In this document: in pieces, positions 9,612 through 22,100 of the stretch
Position numbering within the stretch: position 1 is the first letter of the stretch
How the letters are laid out: every line of letters starts with the position of its first letter
Assembly: GCA_030167865.1 (NCBI GenBank)
Contig: JALAGF010002898.1
Coordinates: 1-41,858 of the forward strand
DNA: 41,858 nucleotides
From: Craspedostauros australis
Taxonomy: Eukaryota
Direction: 5' to 3'
The notes under the pieces: generated by a model
Database searches by the model: none
What the model was told of the DNA's origin: nothing
Seen by the model: only the letters and a program-made list of their open reading frames with translations
Made by a program: the position numbers and the translations under genes

Positions 9612-11905
9612 ATGTGGATCCCAACGCCAACGATGTTGCTGTCGATCAGCTGCGTCCTCGCTCTGCTTCCAGCGGCGCACGCCTTCACGACGCCGCTTCC
9701 CCACGTGCGCTCGACGGCCTTGTCGGCAACCGCCGATGTCGTCCTCTTCGGTGTCGGCGATTTGCGCGTCGACGACCACGAAGGACTGCGCCGAGCCTCG
9801 CAGAATGCCAACGTCCTGCCCCTCGTCGTGCTCGACGACCGGACGCTGCGCAACATTCCGGGCATGCGCGCCCATCCCATCGAAACGACGCGCATGCTGT
9901 ATCATGCCGTCGAAAGTCTGCGTGACGCGTTGAAGCAGCAGCATGATTTGGAATTGCAGGTCATCACGCAGGCCGAGGCGTTGGCGGATATCGAGGGATC
10001 TCTGCATGTCTGCGATTTGGGTCCGGCCGACAACGCGATGGGGTATGGCGCCTACAGCGATCTCGTATCATCGCGATTGGATGTCGTGCCGTGGTCGTGT
10101 CGTCTGCGCGACGCGCCGTGGAACGCCGTCGGGGCGTTGCCCGCAATGTATCCGGAGTATGCAAAGACGTTCGCGCAGGAGCTCAACGCGCCGGTCGAGG
10201 TGTCGTCCGTGACGTCCAACCTGGAGCTCGAGGCTGGTGCGCCGCTCGATTTGGAGCAGTTCACAAAGCGCGTGCAATCGTTGCTGCAGCTCGATGACGA
10301 GCAATGCGAGGCCCAAACCAACACGGGATTGTACGGCACACATTGGGGTGGCATGGACGCCTCCAGTATCCGCGAAAGCACCGTCCATCGGTTCCTCGAG
10401 ACCTACGTCGATGTTTGCGATCAGCAGGATGCCGCATTTGCCAAGTACCTTCCCACCATTCAAACCAATCCCAACAGTTTGGAGCATGCCACGATGAAGT
10501 GGAACATGGATTTCCAGCCCGACAACGTCAACAACCTCCTGGAGGGCGAGCTTCTGATTCGATACCTGGCCGCTCCGCTGCTCTTTGGCACCATCTCACC
10601 ACGGCGCATCGCCAAGTCGATTGAGGCCAACAAGGATCGGTTCTTCACCAATCCCATCCACACCTTCTTGGAAGGGCAGGAATGGCATCGATTGTTCGCG
10701 GCCCAATGCATGAAGGAGACAGCTGAGAGCACGGCATCGCAGGACCTCCAGTACAAGTACACGCGATGGCATGGATTTCTTTGTCGGTACGCCATGACGA
10801 CACCCACGGAAGACGACGACGATGCCATCCTCTTTGTGCATGGATTCGGCGCATCTGGCACGCAATGGGCCAAGACCATTGAAGAATTGCGAAGCGACAA
10901 CGACGACATCACGTGCTACGCCCCCGACTTGTTGGGTTTCGGACACAGCGAAAAGCCAGCCATCACGTACTCGGGATACACGTGGGAATGTCAGATTGGA
11001 GATTTCCTGCAGGAGTTGGTTGTCAACAGCAATGTCGTCATCGGCGGCAACTCCATCGGCGGATTCACGGCCATGTGCGCCGGTGCCAACGATGCCACAG
11101 TCACGTCGAACACGCTCAGTGCATCGGGTGGACCCGGCACGGGCCAATGCTCAGGTGTGATCCTCATGAATCCGGCCGGCATCATTCAAGACCAGGCCGA
11201 AGCGGCTGCGACGCAAGTCACGACGGCGGAGAAGACGATTGCCGGTCAGTTGGATCCGTTGCGGTACGTACACGTGGTCTTGTGCGTCATATATCTTGCG
11301 TTGCTCAATGTTCTTTGATACTATTGGTATGATGATCTCCCAACATTTTCTCACTCGCTGCCTCCCAACACTTACTCATTCACCTATTCACTCACTCACC
11401 AATTCATCATGCTCTCCACAGCCCACCGCCATTGGCAAGACTGTTGGGCAACGCCATCTTGGCCTACTTGCGCCCACGCATCCAATCCATCTGCGTCAAT
11501 CTGTATCCCACCAATCCTGCGGCCGTCGATACGGTCTTGTGCCAAAACATCCTGAGAGATTCGCTGGATCCCGGTGCCATCAATGTCATGATTTCGGGCA
11601 CCAAGTTGCCACCGTCGCGTCCGTACAATGAGCTGCTGATGCAACGCAGCGAGGGGCCTTTGCAGTCGACGTTTGAGGGGCCGGTGCTGATGCCGCAAGG
11701 CGTGTTGGATCCTTTGAATGACGCCAAGGCACGGTGCGAAGATCTGGGCAAGCTTCGAGCTGGCATCACGATTGACCCGTTGCAGGCGGGACACTGTCCG
11801 CATGATGAAGTGCCGTCGCTGGTTGCCGAATCGATTGCAAAGTGGATGGCGACGACCAAGCAGGAACGCACGGAGTTCTTGCGAGCAAAGGAATTGGTGG
11901 CGTAA
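9612..11905 (+). CDS. Plastid-targeted photolyase-like N-domain + alpha/beta hydrolase (pheophytinase-like) fusion, 2 exons, 711 aa
   Basis: Exons 9612-11263 and 11422-11905 (intron CG|GTACGT...CCACAG|C). Signal peptide + AHA-FTTP. Photolyase-like motifs GDLRVDDHEGL and LAAPLLFGTISPR. Hydrolase motifs HGFG, APDLLGFGHSEKP, GNSIGG (Ser), GVLDP (Asp), AGHCPHDE (His). Confidence 0.88.
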
Positions 11906-12051
11906 CAGAAGCAAACTTGCTCTCTCTAATTCATTTGATTGATTCATTCATTCATTCGTTCATTCAGACACTACCAAAAGACTTAACTGCTGTATGGTGT
12001 AGAATTGTGCTCAATTGCGTACTCGCAGTGCAGGCATTAACGCTGCCTGCT

Positions 12052-13532
12052 TCAACGATCTTGCTGCTGATCTCGCATGCAGTTGCATTCGTAATTGTCG
12101 AAATTCTCCTTGTAGTAGCCGCAGACGTCTTCCAATTCGTCGGCAACGTCGATGTCGCCGTTGTACATTGCGAATAGGGAAATGCCGAAGAAGAGGCCGG
12201 TCAAGGCCGTGCCGACGATGAACCACGCCAATCTCCAAGTGAGGGTTTTGATTTTGAGCGAAAAGACCATCACACCGACGACGAGACCCGCGAGTAGTCC
12301 ACCCAGGTGAGCCGCCCAGTCCACTGTTGGTTGACAAGAGAGGATGACGACAAGATCGATGAGTGCGAGTGTGAGTGCGAGTTTGAGCAACAAATGGCTT
12401 GCAACAGTGCATGAAGCAACACACACATCCATCTAAAGTCATATGACGTACCATAGGGTATGAAGGAAAAGAGCATGACGACAACAACGCTGCAGGTGAC
12501 ACCGGCGCACTGCTCCTTGCGAACCTGATGACCGATGCGTCCCTGCTCCGTTTTATCGGACTCGCAGCAGCGGCAGATAACTTCTGCCAGCTTGCCACCG
12601 AACAATCCCATGACGGCACCGGAAGAACCGACGCTGATGGCATCGGGCATGGCGATGACGGAGAGGACGGAGGAACCGAGGGCCGAAGTGAGGTAGATGA
12701 TGAGCCAGTTGGTGCTGCCCCATTCTCGCTCGAAGAAGGCGCCGGTTTCGAGCTGCACGGCGATGTTGCACAGAAGATGGATGACTCCGGCATGCAGCAT
12801 GATGGGCGTGATGAGTCGCCACCACTCGTGCTCCTCCAGGATATTGAAGGCATTCTTTCCGCCCCATTCGCTAAGAGCATCGGGGTAGGGACCGAACATG
12901 GGATTGATGTTGATGGGCGCGACGCCGCATTGGGCCATCATGATGATCAGCACTGCGACCTGACCGACGGAGAAGAGGATACTGAAGTATCCGTACTTCT
13001 GCTTGACGATGTATATGTCCTCTTCCTCACCCTCATCGGATCCATTGGGTTTGAGCGGCTCGTTCTTGCTGTCAAAGATTGAACGGAAGTCCTCGGACTG
13101 GCTGAAGCTGCCCGAGTCAGTACGCTCATGCAGATTCTGGTGCTTCCGCCTGTTCTGCTTCGAACGATGGCTCCCATGGCCACCAACGCTGCCGCTTCCA
13201 TTTCCGGACGATTCACGCCTGTAGGTTTTAGTGGGCGATTCCTTTGAGTGATCGAAGAAGGCATTCCCGCCGCCGCCACCACCTGCTCTCGCTTGGTTAG
13301 ATGAATTGACGGCGCCAGATTCCTGCTGCAGCCATGCCGGAACCTCGTCCTGGAATTGCTGGTAGCTGCTGGTTGGAGAATCACTGTTATTGTTGTTGTT
13401 GCTTGTTGCGGCGGTTTGGCTGGCAGAAGCGGCAGAGTTGCCGCTTTTCGCGCTTCGTCCTCTGTTGGTCCCCCGCGTGCTGCCGCTGGCGGTGCTGGAA
13501 TCCGATTTCTTCTTCTTTCCCCAAGACTTCAT
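12052..13532 (-). CDS. Rhomboid intramembrane serine protease, 2 exons, 450 aa
   Basis: Exons 13532-12452 and 12323-12052 (TATG|GTACGT...CAACAG|TG). Motifs EWWRLIT, HAGVIHLLCN, SVGSSGAVMGLFG (catalytic Ser), VDWAAHLGG (catalytic His); disordered N-terminus. Confidence 0.93.
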
Positions 13533-15155
13533 GATGTATGATGTATTATGTGATGTATGATGTCACTCGTGCTTATCTGCCACTACGAAAGAGTGATTCA
13601 ATGACGTTGCTATCCTCTCGTATCGTACTCTGCTGGGATATCACCGAAGATAGTTTGTGATTGAACCGATACGTATTCTATAATACGATACAGTCTCTCA
13701 ATGCGTTCGAGAGCTCAGCGGTTGAGTTCAATTTGTTGCCGTTGATCTTGACAACAATGGCTTGAACGGCTTCGTTGTTGAAGGCCTTGCTTTGAGGAAC
13801 GTCGTTTGGGAGCCTGAATTCAAACAAGCGATGGTTTGTCTCTTTGATCAATGTCTGCTCAATTGGGTCGGAATTCAATGGAATCGCAACCGTTTGCGGC
13901 CGTTGGTTTGGCAAAAGATGATGGCAGAAAGAATGAAAGATGACGGATGCGTGAGCTGCCGGATGGTTTGTCCGTGAGGTTTCTCGTGGCCCTCCAATTG
14001 CGGTGCTGATTGTTCACAAGATGGGATCATTTGCCATGGTTTTCGTCATCGCATTCATCGATGCGCCCGCTCTCTTGCACTTTCTGGTTGTCCAACCTAC
14101 AACAATGATACTGTGTGGAAGCACTCACCGTCGGTTCGTCTTGGGTGCTGATGTCCAACTGCGCTTGCTATTCTGCCTCTGCGCTTTGTGGTTGCTCTGG
14201 GTTTCAAACTTTGAATGGTGCTGCAAAAGATTTGTGTGGTGCCTTCGTTCCTCTCCTCTCAGCTTGGCTTGGCTGATACTCGCAGTAACTTCAATGGACT
14301 TCGATTGACTTCGTTGCGATTGACTCTTGGCTTTGTTGTTACTTGCGTGCCGGATTGGCTGCGTTGTGGATTGTGAATTGTGGATTGTGTAAGCTGCATT
14401 GTGACCGATTGACGAAGAGCTGTGCCCGATTCACCACGAAGTCTTCTTCGCACGAGTAGTCGTACTCTTGCGTGCTCGTTGGACCCTTTGTTCTCTTTGT
14501 TCCCTCCTCCTTGACTTCTCACCATCGCGGTTGCGCCTTCCCACAACGTCGATGCCCTCCGTCTTTCTTGCCGTTGTCGTTGCTGTCGTTGCTGTTGTTT
14601 CCTGTTGTTGGCACTCTTGGCTCTCTCGTCTCGGCAGTCGTTCGTGTTGAGGATTCCTTCGCTCCGTTCCCACCACCATTGCGTGTGTGACACAATTCAA
14701 AATCATCCGATCCAGTGTCACGCTCGCGCAGGATTATCCGTTGCAGTGTCACAAACACATGAATGCGCGCCACAACCGGAATTCTTTCGCACGAATGCTA
14801 TGAGTCGTGGCATCACGTCAATCACGATCGTATCTTTTTTAACGTTGGTTTCGTGTGTCACAGAAAGCAGATGAGTGAGATGGAAGAAGATGCAAGGGGC
14901 CAAAGATAGCAACAACAAAGGCAACAAGAGCATCAACTCCTACTCCATCGCATCATAGTAGTACGTACGTACAAGGTGGTTGTTCAACATCAAGGCACAC
15001 TACTTACTCCGCACCAGGTAGCAGTCGCCAGGGCAACGACGATGTTGGGCAGAACAGCAACCAACGACATCAGACACATCAGGTTCCTCATCACCTTCGC
15101 AACTTTCTTTTTCTTCAACATCAACAGCTACAACAGCATCAACGTACGCGGCGCC

Positions 15156-15887
15156 ATGTTCGTTGCATCCTTCCCTCGGGCATTCTCCCGAGGCATCTTC
15201 AAATCATCCAACAGCGATACTATGCGAATACAATTGAGTAGACAGCTGTTGATACGACGACCCTTCGCGACGACTACTGCCAAAACTACTGGGACGACTA
15301 CTGCGACAAGTACGGATGCTGCGACGAGTACAACGACTGCCATCCACAGCAGTAGCAACGCGCACGATGATGATGATGATGATGCGACCGAGCACATCAA
15401 ATCCTACACCTTCCAAGCGACGGGTCGTTCCACCGTCACCACCACCCAAACCGTCAACACCAACTTCACCATCACGACGGACATTCCCAAATCCATGGGC
15501 GGCACCAACACGGCACCGCAACCCGTCGAGCTCTTGCTGGCATCCTGGATGGGTTGCACGCAGGCCACCGCCATCTTCGTGGGACGCCACATGGCACCGC
15601 AGCGGCTCCTCATTGATCGTCTGGAATTCATCGACATCACCGCCACGCGCGATCAGCGCGGTGCGATTGGATTGCCGTTGCAGACGCCGCCCGTCACCGT
15701 GTCTCGTCTTCAGCGTATCGAAGGCACGATCCGGGTCCATGCCAAGCGCGGCAAGCCGGTGCCGGTCGAGCAGATGGAGGTCCTCAAGGAGCAGACGGAG
15801 GTACGATGTCCCGTGGCCAACATGATCCTGGCGAGTGGTTGCGACATGGATGTGGAATGGGTGGATGGGAACAGTGCGTCGCAATGA
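15156..15887 (+). CDS. OsmC/Ohr-family protein, probably mitochondrial, 243 aa
   Basis: DIPKSMGGTNTAPQPVELLLASWMGC and RCPVANMI give the two-Cys OsmC-like signature. The Arg/Ser-rich start MFVASFPRAFSRGIFKSS looks like a presequence. The ATG choice is inferred. Confidence 0.85.
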   Translation: MFVASFPRAFSRGIFKSSNSDTMRIQLSRQLLIRRPFATTTAKTTGTTTATSTDAATSTTTAIHSSSNAHDDDDDDATEHIKSYTFQATGRSTVTTTQTVNTNFTITTDIPKSMGGTNTAPQPVELLLASWMGCTQATAIFVGRHMAPQRLLIDRLEFIDITATRDQRGAIGLPLQTPPVTVSRLQRIEGTIRVHAKRGKPVPVEQMEVLKEQTEVRCPVANMILASGCDMDVEWVDGNSASQ

Positions 15888-16146
15888 CAACAGCGGAGAG
15901 ATCTAGTAGTACACAATCGGACTACGGCAGTGCACAAGTACGAACAAGAAGAGGAAGCGGATTCGAGAGTTGAAGCGAAGGCAACTGATGGGCTGCTGCA
16001 GCAACAACACAAGCGCAGCCCTTTGAGATGGACAATAACGATGACCTAAACGCCTAGCTCGTATGGTATGGGCACCTTTGCAAGCACGCTGCTCTGCTCT
16101 GCTCATGTTCACCAGCTCGCCGTTGACTTGCCATGCAGTTCCTCCC

Positions 16147-19100
16147 TCACTTCTTGGCGAAGTGCAACTTCGCAGCCTCCAGTTTGGCTCGCATCCTTGC
16201 CTTCCCCAAGGCTGTCGTGGCCTTCCCCACTGGATCGGCGATCGACAAACCATTGACACACCTAGCCATCAGCTCCATTGCCAGCTCGAAGTCCCGCTTT
16301 CTTCGGCAGCTCTTCTCACTATCGTGCGCTTGTGCAGCGAGAATTGCAGCAATTTCAGGATTCAATTCCCTCCTTGCCTTCTGCTTGGGCCGTGTCACCG
16401 GCGTCTTTGCCTTTCTCTTTCTCTTTGTCCGACTTGGTTCGACTTCCACAGCGTCGCTGCTCGGGCTGTGAGTGGGAGATGATAGACTCATGATCAACGG
16501 ACCAACGTCGCAACTGCGCCGCATGCGTTTCGATGTTGATGGTGGAGGAGGAGTTTCCATTCCATGTTCTCCAGTGGCTTCGAGGAGCTCCTTGGGATGC
16601 TTGCTCGACTCGCCGGCATCTGCGACTGCAGTAGCAGTCCCCGACGTCCTCTTCCTGTCCTTGTTCTTTCCTTTGCTGTGCTTCCTCCTCTCATGCTCGG
16701 AGGACTGTGCCCAGTTCGGTGTGTGCGGAGTGGATGGTGAGGCGCCTGACACGGAACCGTTTTTCGAGCGCGCCTTGACGCCGGTCTTGGGATTGTCGAT
16801 GTACGACGGATCATCAATGTCGGAATCCTGGTCCTCGTAGCTCACGTTGCGCAATCGGGGTCTTCTTCCACCGAATTCGATCGAGGCATATTGTGTCAAC
16901 TTCTTGTTGCTCGCAGCTGGCTCAGCCTCCTCCAACGCATGCTGTGCATCCCGTACCGCGGAACTTGTTTTTGGTTTCTTCGATTTCTTTGATCTCTTCT
17001 TGCTCTTGCCCTTTGATGCTTTCTTCGCGCGTTGCGTGGGCTGTTGCACGTCATTCTCATCGTCAGAGAGCAGAGAGCTTCCATCACCATGCCGAGATCC
17101 CTCATCCATTTCCTCTGGTTGGACAGAGGTGGATTCCACGAACAGAGTTCTCAGCCTCCTTCGTGAGCGGTACTTCTTGCCCTCCCCATCGGCAAGCATT
17201 CCAGCCTCCTCGTATTTGCGTTTCCTTTGCAATGAGCGCACCAAGAAAGGGGATTTCACGATTTGTATGTCAGGCGTCTTCGGTGATTCATCTCCAGCGG
17301 ACTTCGGCGTTGAAGTTGCAGGGGTTTCAATGGGGTCCCCAAGCTGATCTGTTCCAAGCCTTGCCTTCGTCGCCACCTTCAGGTCTTTACTGTTTGCAAG
17401 ATCCACAGCCATTGCCCTCGGCGAGAAGGTTCGATCCTTTCGATGAGAACCTCGACCAGCGCCAATCGCCTCCGTGTGGACCTTCATGGAAGCATCATGC
17501 GGAGGATAAGCCGAAGCGCTTCCGTTCTCATCAGCGACAAGGCTCTGTTCAACCTGCTGCACGCTTCTTCTCGTCCTTGTCCTTCTGCTTCTCCGTGTGG
17601 GTGTTATTACTGCATCAGGCACGCCCGGATCAGTCGCTGCGCCCATACCTGCGTTGGCACCATCTTCTTCATCCTCCAGAACTACACCATCTGGGTACGC
17701 TTCTTCGAAAAACGATTCGTAGCGTTCTGGTGTATCATTGATCATGACGACGATTCTGAATTCAGTTGTGACAAACTTGACGTGCCTCGAACGTGGCCCC
17801 TTCTTCTTCTGTCGTGGTGCATGGACTATGGCTTGCAGGAATGGTCTATTCTGGAGTGTTGGACCGGCGTACTCATCCGCCGGCAAATCGCGCAGTGCAA
17901 TCGCTGGCGACTTCCCCGCGGTCGTCCTTCGGCTCTGTTTCTGCTGTTTCTTCTTTGACTTGGACCTGCTCTTCTCTGCTGCTTTCTTTGATTTTGGTGT
18001 CTCTTCATCGTCTGGCATAGTATATTCATGTTGATGCCCATGCTGTTGCCCGCGTTGTTCTGCTTCAGCCGATGGCGCAGCGTGATTGGAAACGTCATCT
18101 TCTGCATGATCAAGGGCGACTTGGTGGCCCAGGGCACGCTTCTCCTCTGAAACTGTACAGTCGCCACTGTCATCATCATAATCGCCATGTTCGGACGGTT
18201 CAGGTGTGTCTGTTGCCATCTTCTGATCGATCGTGGATTTGCTCCTTCGTCTCCGTCTCGCCCTACCGGATTTTAGCTTGCGCTCCGGAAGCTCGGGAAG
18301 AACTATTGGTATACCATTGCTGTCAAGCTCCGGTTTGAGAAAGTCGTCGGGTTCAATCACTCCCACTTCGAAAATCCTCGACTCGTCGGTTTGCTTGTGC
18401 AAGCCTGGGAGCGGCCTCGATCCCAATTCGAACTTCCGTGTCTTGTCGTCGACATGTAGACAGAATCCACCATCCCACACAGGAATTTTGTCGTCTCCAA
18501 AACCAAGCAAGCGAGACTTAGAACGGTACGCCAAGCAGAGCCATTGCATGAAGAACTTGATCTCAAAGTCCTTGAGAGGTCCCACGAGGCTTTGGGTATG
18601 AAGGAGGGCACGTAGTGCTCTCTTCAGCTCCCGTTCCTTGAATTCATCCTCGTCGTCGTAATCGCGATTGCGCAGGGCCGCTCCGAACGCTGCAAGCCTG
18701 CAGCGTCTGGCATCTTCGCATCGACTCTCGGGGGTGCTGTCGATGATGCCAAGTTCCTCCTTGGTCATGTTGGACTCCGTCTGTCCAGGTTCCAGCAGCG
18801 GCTCCCAGGATGATCCATTGGCCACCCAGGACTCTGCCCATCGCCAGGCCCAACCAAGCGTCTTCATTACATTTATGGCCTGATTCAGCAGCCGCGAGGC
18901 ATGGGCGAACGGCATGGGCCCATCCGCCGCCGAGAAGTTCTTCTTCGCTCGTCTGCGTTCGATTTCGATCAGATCTTCCAATCTGGCTCGGAGGTTGTAG
19001 TTGTTGCCTCCATGGTCGTGGCACCTCACTACGAGCGCGATTCCGGGCGCGAGTACGAGTATCATACAAACAGCAGACAGATGAGACATGAGGGGTGGGG

Positions 19101-22100
19101 CAAAGTGGGTGAGCAAAAGTGATCCGCAAGACAGTTGAGTTCGTCGTTGGATATCCAGTTGGAGAGCATTCGTAAGATGGCGAATCATGTTGTCAAAACT
19201 AGCAAGGCCGGCGCAACAGCTGCAAACATCGCGGTGATTTCCTTCCACACACTTACGATAGAAAGGATGCTCCAGCTCGTCATTATGATTGGTTTCATAT
19301 CCCGCCTGCCGAGCGCAAGTAATGTGAAACACCCATGGCATTCGCTTGTTGCCCCATGCTCGGCAGTCGTCGGCAGTGCACTTGAGTTTCAGCCCATTGG
19401 TCATGCCGCACAGACCACACCTCCGTTGCGAGAGGACGTGTCCTCTGCCATTCGACATGATGACGTTAGCACAGTCCACCTTCCCCGTCCTTTGGTCGAC
19501 GATTAGATCTCGATGCCAACTGCACGCAGAGACGTGACACGACGCAATGCAGGCGGACGCAAAAGCAAAACAAATAAACATGAGTGCGAGGTAATCGCAA
19601 CAACGGCAACGAAAGCGATGGAAAACGACGGAAAAAATTGACAAGAGTGAGATGAATGGCGAGCAAGAGCAACGATGGGGATCTCCGACATGTTCAATTG
19701 CACACGATAAATCAATAGCATCTCGCTGAGCCACACTACGTAGGATATCCATACGCACAGGCATCGCACACACGCTGACCGATCCAACTTACTACGCGCA
19801 TGCGGCGTGACACCACAGATCTTGTGCGAAGAGAGTCCTTTTGAATTCATTGTGAGCCTTCTTCCAGTAGTTTTGTCGGTTGACGGGCTTGGCGAATGCT
19901 TCCAGCAACCAGCCACCGGCTTGAAGGCAGATATTACATTTGGGTGTGACAAACTTTTTGCCCTTCCCGTCGCTTTTCTGTTTGCCTGCTTTGCCCTCCT
20001 TTTTGTCGTAAGCGGTGATTCTGTCCTTACTTGCTTTCCGTTCGCCCAATTTCTTGTCGACGTATTGGCATTTGACGCACACGATGCTGCGCTCAAATTC
20101 TTCGGTCTGCGGCAGCATGCAGGCAACGCAGCTCACGGCGTGACAACGCACGCACCGGCTAAGGCCTCGTCCGTCCTCTTCCACCTCATCGCAAACCTCG
20201 CAACGCATGCCTGCCAGTCGACGAGTAAGGATATCTTTGTAGAATGTTTTCTCGTAGTCCCGATTGGCGAGATATTGTCGGCGTTCCTTTCCATTGAGTT
20301 TGTTGAACTGCTTTGGGGGCAGTGGCAGTGGGGCCGGCTTGGGTTCTGGAGGGAATTGCTGCGAGGCCTTGATCAGATCTTCGATGGGAACGGGATCTCG
20401 TTTGCGTGTCTCCGGGTCGACGTTGGAATGCTCAGGGCAAAGGAGAGTCCAGGGATTGTCGGCGACCGGGCCTTCGTAGTTCTCGCCGTGGATCACCTCG
20501 CAAACCCCGGACAGTCGAGCACACGTGACGTGGCAGTAATTCTTGCATCCTTCGAAGCGGCACTTCTGATACGCCCCTCTCTGCCCCTTGCAGATGAAAC
20601 AGCGAACGTTCAGGCGCATGAAGTACACCTTGAGGTCCGCAACGTCCTCCACGATGTCTGGATTCCCAGATTCGATGAAGTTGAGGCCTTGCCACTTGGC
20701 GCAAACGTTGTGAACCCACTTCGTGATCACCGTCCCGTCGTTGGCCTTGATCTTTTTCTTCGTGTCGGTGCGAATGAAGGCGCCCTGCTTGATTGGACAC
20801 AGCTCACAGCAGATCGGGAGCGGCGGGGGCGTTATCTTCGTCGGTGGCAGGATGTTGAGCTTCGTCTTCCGCGCGATGAGCTGCGACATCTTCTCCCGTT
20901 TGAAGTGCTTGCATGCCACGCAGTAGTAATCACCTTCGGGGATCTTTTCCACGCCGTAGCAGAACTGGTGCACCGGGACGTTGCATGCCTCGCAGAAGAG
21001 AATCTGATTGTCGGGAGTCACCTCGCCGTCATCACAGATCATGCAAACCGCGTCCATGTCTTGCTCTAGCTGCTTCTGCCATGCGATGTCCATCTCCTTG
21101 CGACGTTCGATAATTCGCTGGTTTTCCATCAGCAACCGCTTTTCGCGCGCCCGTCGCTGGGTCGCCTCGGGACCTTCGAAATCTTGTCGAAGCTGAATTG
21201 CCTGAGCGAAGAGCTTGCGCGTCGTTGGCTCCAACCCGTCTTCGAGCTCCTTCAGCATTTTTTGCTTTTCGAGCAATGTCTCGAGGAGATCGTCAACGTC
21301 GCTACCATCCGTCGTTGCTGGTGCTGCCGGAGGGTCGGAGGCTTCTATTTGCGGAAAGACCTTGAAAATATCGAGGTCTAAATGCCCCTTCTTGGATGGA
21401 GGCAAGATAAATGACTCACCCTCCTGACCATCAGGGGCAAGCAGGGAGAACTTTGGTATATCATCCTCCTCGTTGCCAACAGTAGCACGTATCGCAGCAG
21501 TGGCGGTGCGTTGATTTCCAACTGGGGCACTTGCGAAGTTGTTGTCTTTCTTGCGCGTGAGCAGGTGCTTGTTCCGCGAAGATGATTTCAATTTCAAACC
21601 GAAGTACTTGCCAACAGTGTCCACGTTTGGGAATCGCGCAATGACGCGGTCGTGCCTCTGGATCTCGGCGTCGTCCTCCTGCCTCTCATGCTCGACACCA
21701 GTATCTTTGCCATTCTTGGCGTCCTCGCTGCCCTCGATATCATCGTTTCCGTTGGTCCGGTCGCCACCATCGACGGTTTTGGTGATTGGAGTGCTCACAT
21801 GCTTGCACATTTGGAATGTGTAGCGGGAGCTGCATTTCTTTAGATCGCAAATGAGAGGAACGTCTGCCTGTTCATGGAGGCACGGTAGCTTTGACATGCG
21901 AAAGTGCTTTTGCAACATCTCCTGCTTGTCTCGAGGGGCTTCAATCATGGCGTACCATACATCGTTGGCACGCGTATGCTCCAAGGCCAGGGTTATCATC
22001 ACAAGCAATACTGAGTCGTTGACCGTGATCTCCAAGTGCTGCGATTCCAGCCGGGGCCGTTCGATTGCGATGGAAGTCGTTGTATCAGTTGGTTGCGCAT

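Noticed and set aside
13678-14130. 78-aa minus ORF ending in a CaaX-like CIVL, with an upstream GTGAGT donor at 14128
   Set aside because: TTG start, no recognisable domain and no ATG-bearing exon found. More likely the rhomboid 5'UTR/promoter, possibly with a UTR intron.
19807-21069. Long antisense ORFs over real genes (420 aa here; also 34774-35841, 28622-30004, 16893-17741)
   Set aside because: Shadow ORFs expected from codon bias on the coding strand; no motifs.
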